Shown here one piece after another: positions 38,383-40,831 of a stretch of 40,831 nt of DNA; the first letter of the stretch is position 1; each line of letters begins with the position of its first letter. A model generated the notes under the pieces. That model made no database searches. It worked only from the letters and a program-made list of their open reading frames with translations, and was not told the DNA's origin. This DNA is from an uncultured Herbinix sp. GTDB lineage: Bacteria > Bacillota > Clostridia > Lachnospirales > Lachnospiraceae. The position numbers were made by a program, and so were the translations under genes. The DNA is taken from assembly GCA_964538605.1 (NCBI GenBank), contig CAZIHC010000001.1:1-40831 (forward strand), given 5' to 3'.

Positions 38383-39780
38383 TTATAATTCACAGTGGTT
38401 TACGGTTCTGGGGAACGGTATTACGTCACGGATATTGCTCATACCGGTCAGATACATGACACAGCGTTCAAATCCGAGGCCAAATCCCGAATGCCTTACC
38501 GAACCGAATTTCCTTAAGTCAAGATAGAATTCATAGTCCTCTTTGTTTAATCCCATTTCATCCATGCGTTTAAGAAGCTTCTCATAATCGTCTTCTCTCT
38601 GGCTTCCTCCTATGATTTCACCGATGCCGGGAACCAGAAGGTCCATAGCAGCAACGGTCTTGTTATCCTCATTCAGTTTCATATAGAAAGCCTTAATATC
38701 CTTAGGATAGTCGGTTACAAAAACAGGTTTTTTAAATACCTGTTCTGTCAGATAACGTTCATGTTCAGTCTGCAGGTCACAGCCCCAGAAAACTTTATAA
38801 TCAAAGTTATCATTGTTTTGCTTTAATATTTCGATGGCATCGGTATATGTCACATGGGCAAATTCGGAATTAACCACGTTATTAAGCCTGTCCAGTAAGC
38901 CGTTATCGATAAACTGGTTAAAGAACTCCATTTCCTTAGGTGCATTCTCAAGCACATAGTTAATAATATATTTAAGCATATCCTCAGCCAGTCTCATGTT
39001 ATCGTTCAAATCGGCAAAGGCCACTTCAGGTTCAATCATCCAGAATTCTGCCGCATGGCGAGTGGTGTTGGAATTCTCGGCACGGAATGTAGGTCCGAAA
39101 GTATAAATCTTCTTGAAGGCCAAGGCATAAGTTTCACCGTTAAGCTGTCCGCTTACCGTAAGGTTGGTGGGTTTGCCGAAAAAGTCCTGAGAGTTGTCCA
39201 CCTTGCCGTCCTCGGTAAGAGGCAGGTTATCAAGATCCAGGGTGGTAACCCTGAACATTTCACCCGCACCTTCGCAGTCACTGCCGGTTATAATAGGAGT
39301 ATGCACATATACGAATCCTCTTTCCTGAAAGAATTTGTGGATGGCATAAGATAACAAAGAACGCACACGAAATACGGCCTGGAAGGTATTTGTCCTGGGT
39401 CTTAAATGGGTGATGGTTCTTAAAAATTCCAAGGAGTGCTTTTTCTTCTGTAGAGGATAATCGGGAGATGAATAACCTTCTATAATTACTTCCTCTGCCT
39501 GAATTTCAAAAGGCTGTTTCGCCTGGGGGGTTTCTACTAACTGTCCGGTTACAATAATAGAAGAGCCCACATTTAATTTTGAAATCTCGGCAAAATTATT
39601 TAAATTATCATGATATACTACCTGCAGCGTTTCAAAACAGGTTCCGTCATGCAGAACTATGAATCCGAAAGATTTGGAATCCCTGACGCTGCGTATCCAG
39701 CCTCCGACTGTTATTCTTTTACCGATATACTGTTCTTTGTTACGGTATAATTCCCTGACTTCTACTAATTCCATAGTCAA
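38383..39780 (-). CDS. asnS: Asparaginyl-tRNA synthetase
   Basis: OB-fold [50 protein letters not shown]; start may be ATG 39774. Confidence 0.97.
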   Translation of the reverse strand: MTMELVEVRELYRNKEQYIGKRITVGGWIRSVRDSKSFGFIVLHDGTCFETLQVVYHDNLNNFAEISKLNVGSSIIVTGQLVETPQAKQPFEIQAEEVIIEGYSSPDYPLQKKKHSLEFLRTITHLRPRTNTFQAVFRVRSLLSYAIHKFFQERGFVYVHTPIITGSDCEGAGEMFRVTTLDLDNLPLTEDGKVDNSQDFFGKPTNLTVSGQLNGETYALAFKKIYTFGPTFRAENSNTTRHAAEFWMIEPEVAFADLNDNMRLAEDMLKYIINYVLENAPKEMEFFNQFIDNGLLDRLNNVVNSEFAHVTYTDAIEILKQNNDNFDYKVFWGCDLQTEHERYLTEQVFKKPVFVTDYPKDIKAFYMKLNEDNKTVAAMDLLVPGIGEIIGGSQREDDYEKLLKRMDEMGLNKEDYEFYLDLRKFGSVRHSGFGLGFERCVMYLTGMSNIRDVIPFPRTVNHCEL

Positions 39781-39901
39781 ACTCCTTTTTACTTAAATTT
39801 TTATATATAATAGCTTAAATTGCCAATTCCAATCTGCTTATCCTGATATTATAACATAAGGTTTTAAGATTACAAGCAATTCTTAAGTTACAACCTTAAG
39901 T

Positions 39902-40624
39902 TCAGCCTGCCACTTTAACCAGGGCTTCCAGTACCGCCCCGGGATTTTTTTCTTTAACTTCAATAAAATTGACAGCCTCATTGATTTCTCCCAGGGTATG
40001 GGCATCGGAATTATATATTATATTGCATTTATTAAAATAGGGATGCCGTGCTTTTAAATCCCCGGCCTTGCTTGCATCTTTAATCTCGGCGCATTTAAAA
40101 TCCGCATCGGGAGGAACAAAACCCAAATTGGATATCAGGCTGGTTGATGTTTTGTCCACATGGGCAGGAATATACACTCCATCATATTCTTTCATTAATT
40201 TATCCAAATTATCAAAGGTTATGTCTGTAGCATTAATCAATAAATACGGTTCATCCCCGATTTTCATATCGTCTTCATTATATATTTCCTGTTTTCCGAA
40301 TATCTTTTCATTATTAGGAATCTTTATTAATCTTTCATGCACAAAAGTGTCAAAGGCCATAGCTTTTTTAAGTTCAGAAAAAAAACAAAGCACATGGACT
40401 TCCTCCATAGTGCACAACTCCATTCCGGGTATAACTATTATATTGTTTTTCTGGGCATAAGAGTAAACCGCCGGACAGTTTTTACAGGAATTGTGGTCCG
40501 TTACGGCTATTACATCCAGTCCTATTAGTTTTGCCATATTTACTATATTGGCGGGAGTCATATCCTCATCACCGCAGGGAGACAGGCAGGAATGAATATG
40601 AAGGTCGTAGGCAAGTTTATACAT
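39902..40624 (-). CDS. PHP-domain protein
   Basis: DLHIHSCLSPC, AVTDHN, PGME, PAH, NSDAH. Confidence 0.9.
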   Translation of the reverse strand: MYKLAYDLHIHSCLSPCGDEDMTPANIVNMAKLIGLDVIAVTDHNSCKNCPAVYSYAQKNNIIVIPGMELCTMEEVHVLCFFSELKKAMAFDTFVHERLIKIPNNEKIFGKQEIYNEDDMKIGDEPYLLINATDITFDNLDKLMKEYDGVYIPAHVDKTSTSLISNLGFVPPDADFKCAEIKDASKAGDLKARHPYFNKCNIIYNSDAHTLGEINEAVNFIEVKEKNPGAVLEALVKVAG

Positions 40625-40831
40625 TAATCCTGTTATAAATCTTCAGGGCAGCTTCAAAAACCGGAAGGTTAGTATACAAAACCGTTATGCCCTGTTCTTT
40701 TGCTTTTAGTGCTGCGGCTGAATCCAGCCTGCTTCCCTCTGCCAGAATGACACATGCTGCATCGGCCAGGGATGCCACAGCCAAAGTATTGATATTTGCC
40801 ATCACCGTAACCCATGCGGCATCCTGCGGCA
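40617..40831 (-). CDS. DRTGG-domain protein (5' truncated by window edge)
   Basis: Frame open to the window end: ..DAAWVTVMANINTLAVASLADAACVILAEG..; adjacent to a PHP gene as in hydrogenase-associated regulatory operons. Confidence 0.7.
   Translation of the reverse strand, partial: PQDAAWVTVMANINTLAVASLADAACVILAEGSRLDSAAALKAKEQGITVLYTNLPVFEAALKIYNRINV

Noticed and set aside
39781-39901. T-box leader upstream of asnS
   Set aside because: The intergenic region is only about 120 nt and lacks the T-box consensus

Overview
Low-GC Firmicute chromosome segment; gene content and order suggest Lachnospiraceae/Clostridia (inference). The housekeeping backbone (DUF1846 gene, PrsA-like PPIase, mfd, pth | spoVG, murC, dnaD, DnaC-like loader, prs, class A PBP, YhaN/YhaO-like pair, queT with a preQ1-I riboswitch, asnS) is interrupted between pth and spoVG by a ~13 kb CRISPR-Cas island with no cas1/cas2. 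The island encodes a type III-D-variant-like effector (short HD-less Cas10 with SGDD, Cas7, Cas5-like RAMP with a Cas11-like tail, Cas7-Cas7, Csx19, Cas7-insertion), two CARF-HEPN effectors and two divergently transcribed Cas6 genes. At each end is a tiny degenerate array; the two use different repeat families that share the same ATTGAAAC 3' end. Most striking: translating spacer reverse complements shows one spacer is antisense to the ClpA/B/C Walker B coding region (IDEIHTIIGAG), another is antisense to a UvrD-like helicase Walker A region, and a repeat-like sequence overlaps the cas6 stop codon. A dense DnaA-box cluster surrounding a structured ~140 nt element precedes dnaD. All calls are from reading sequence and motifs; no database searches were run.
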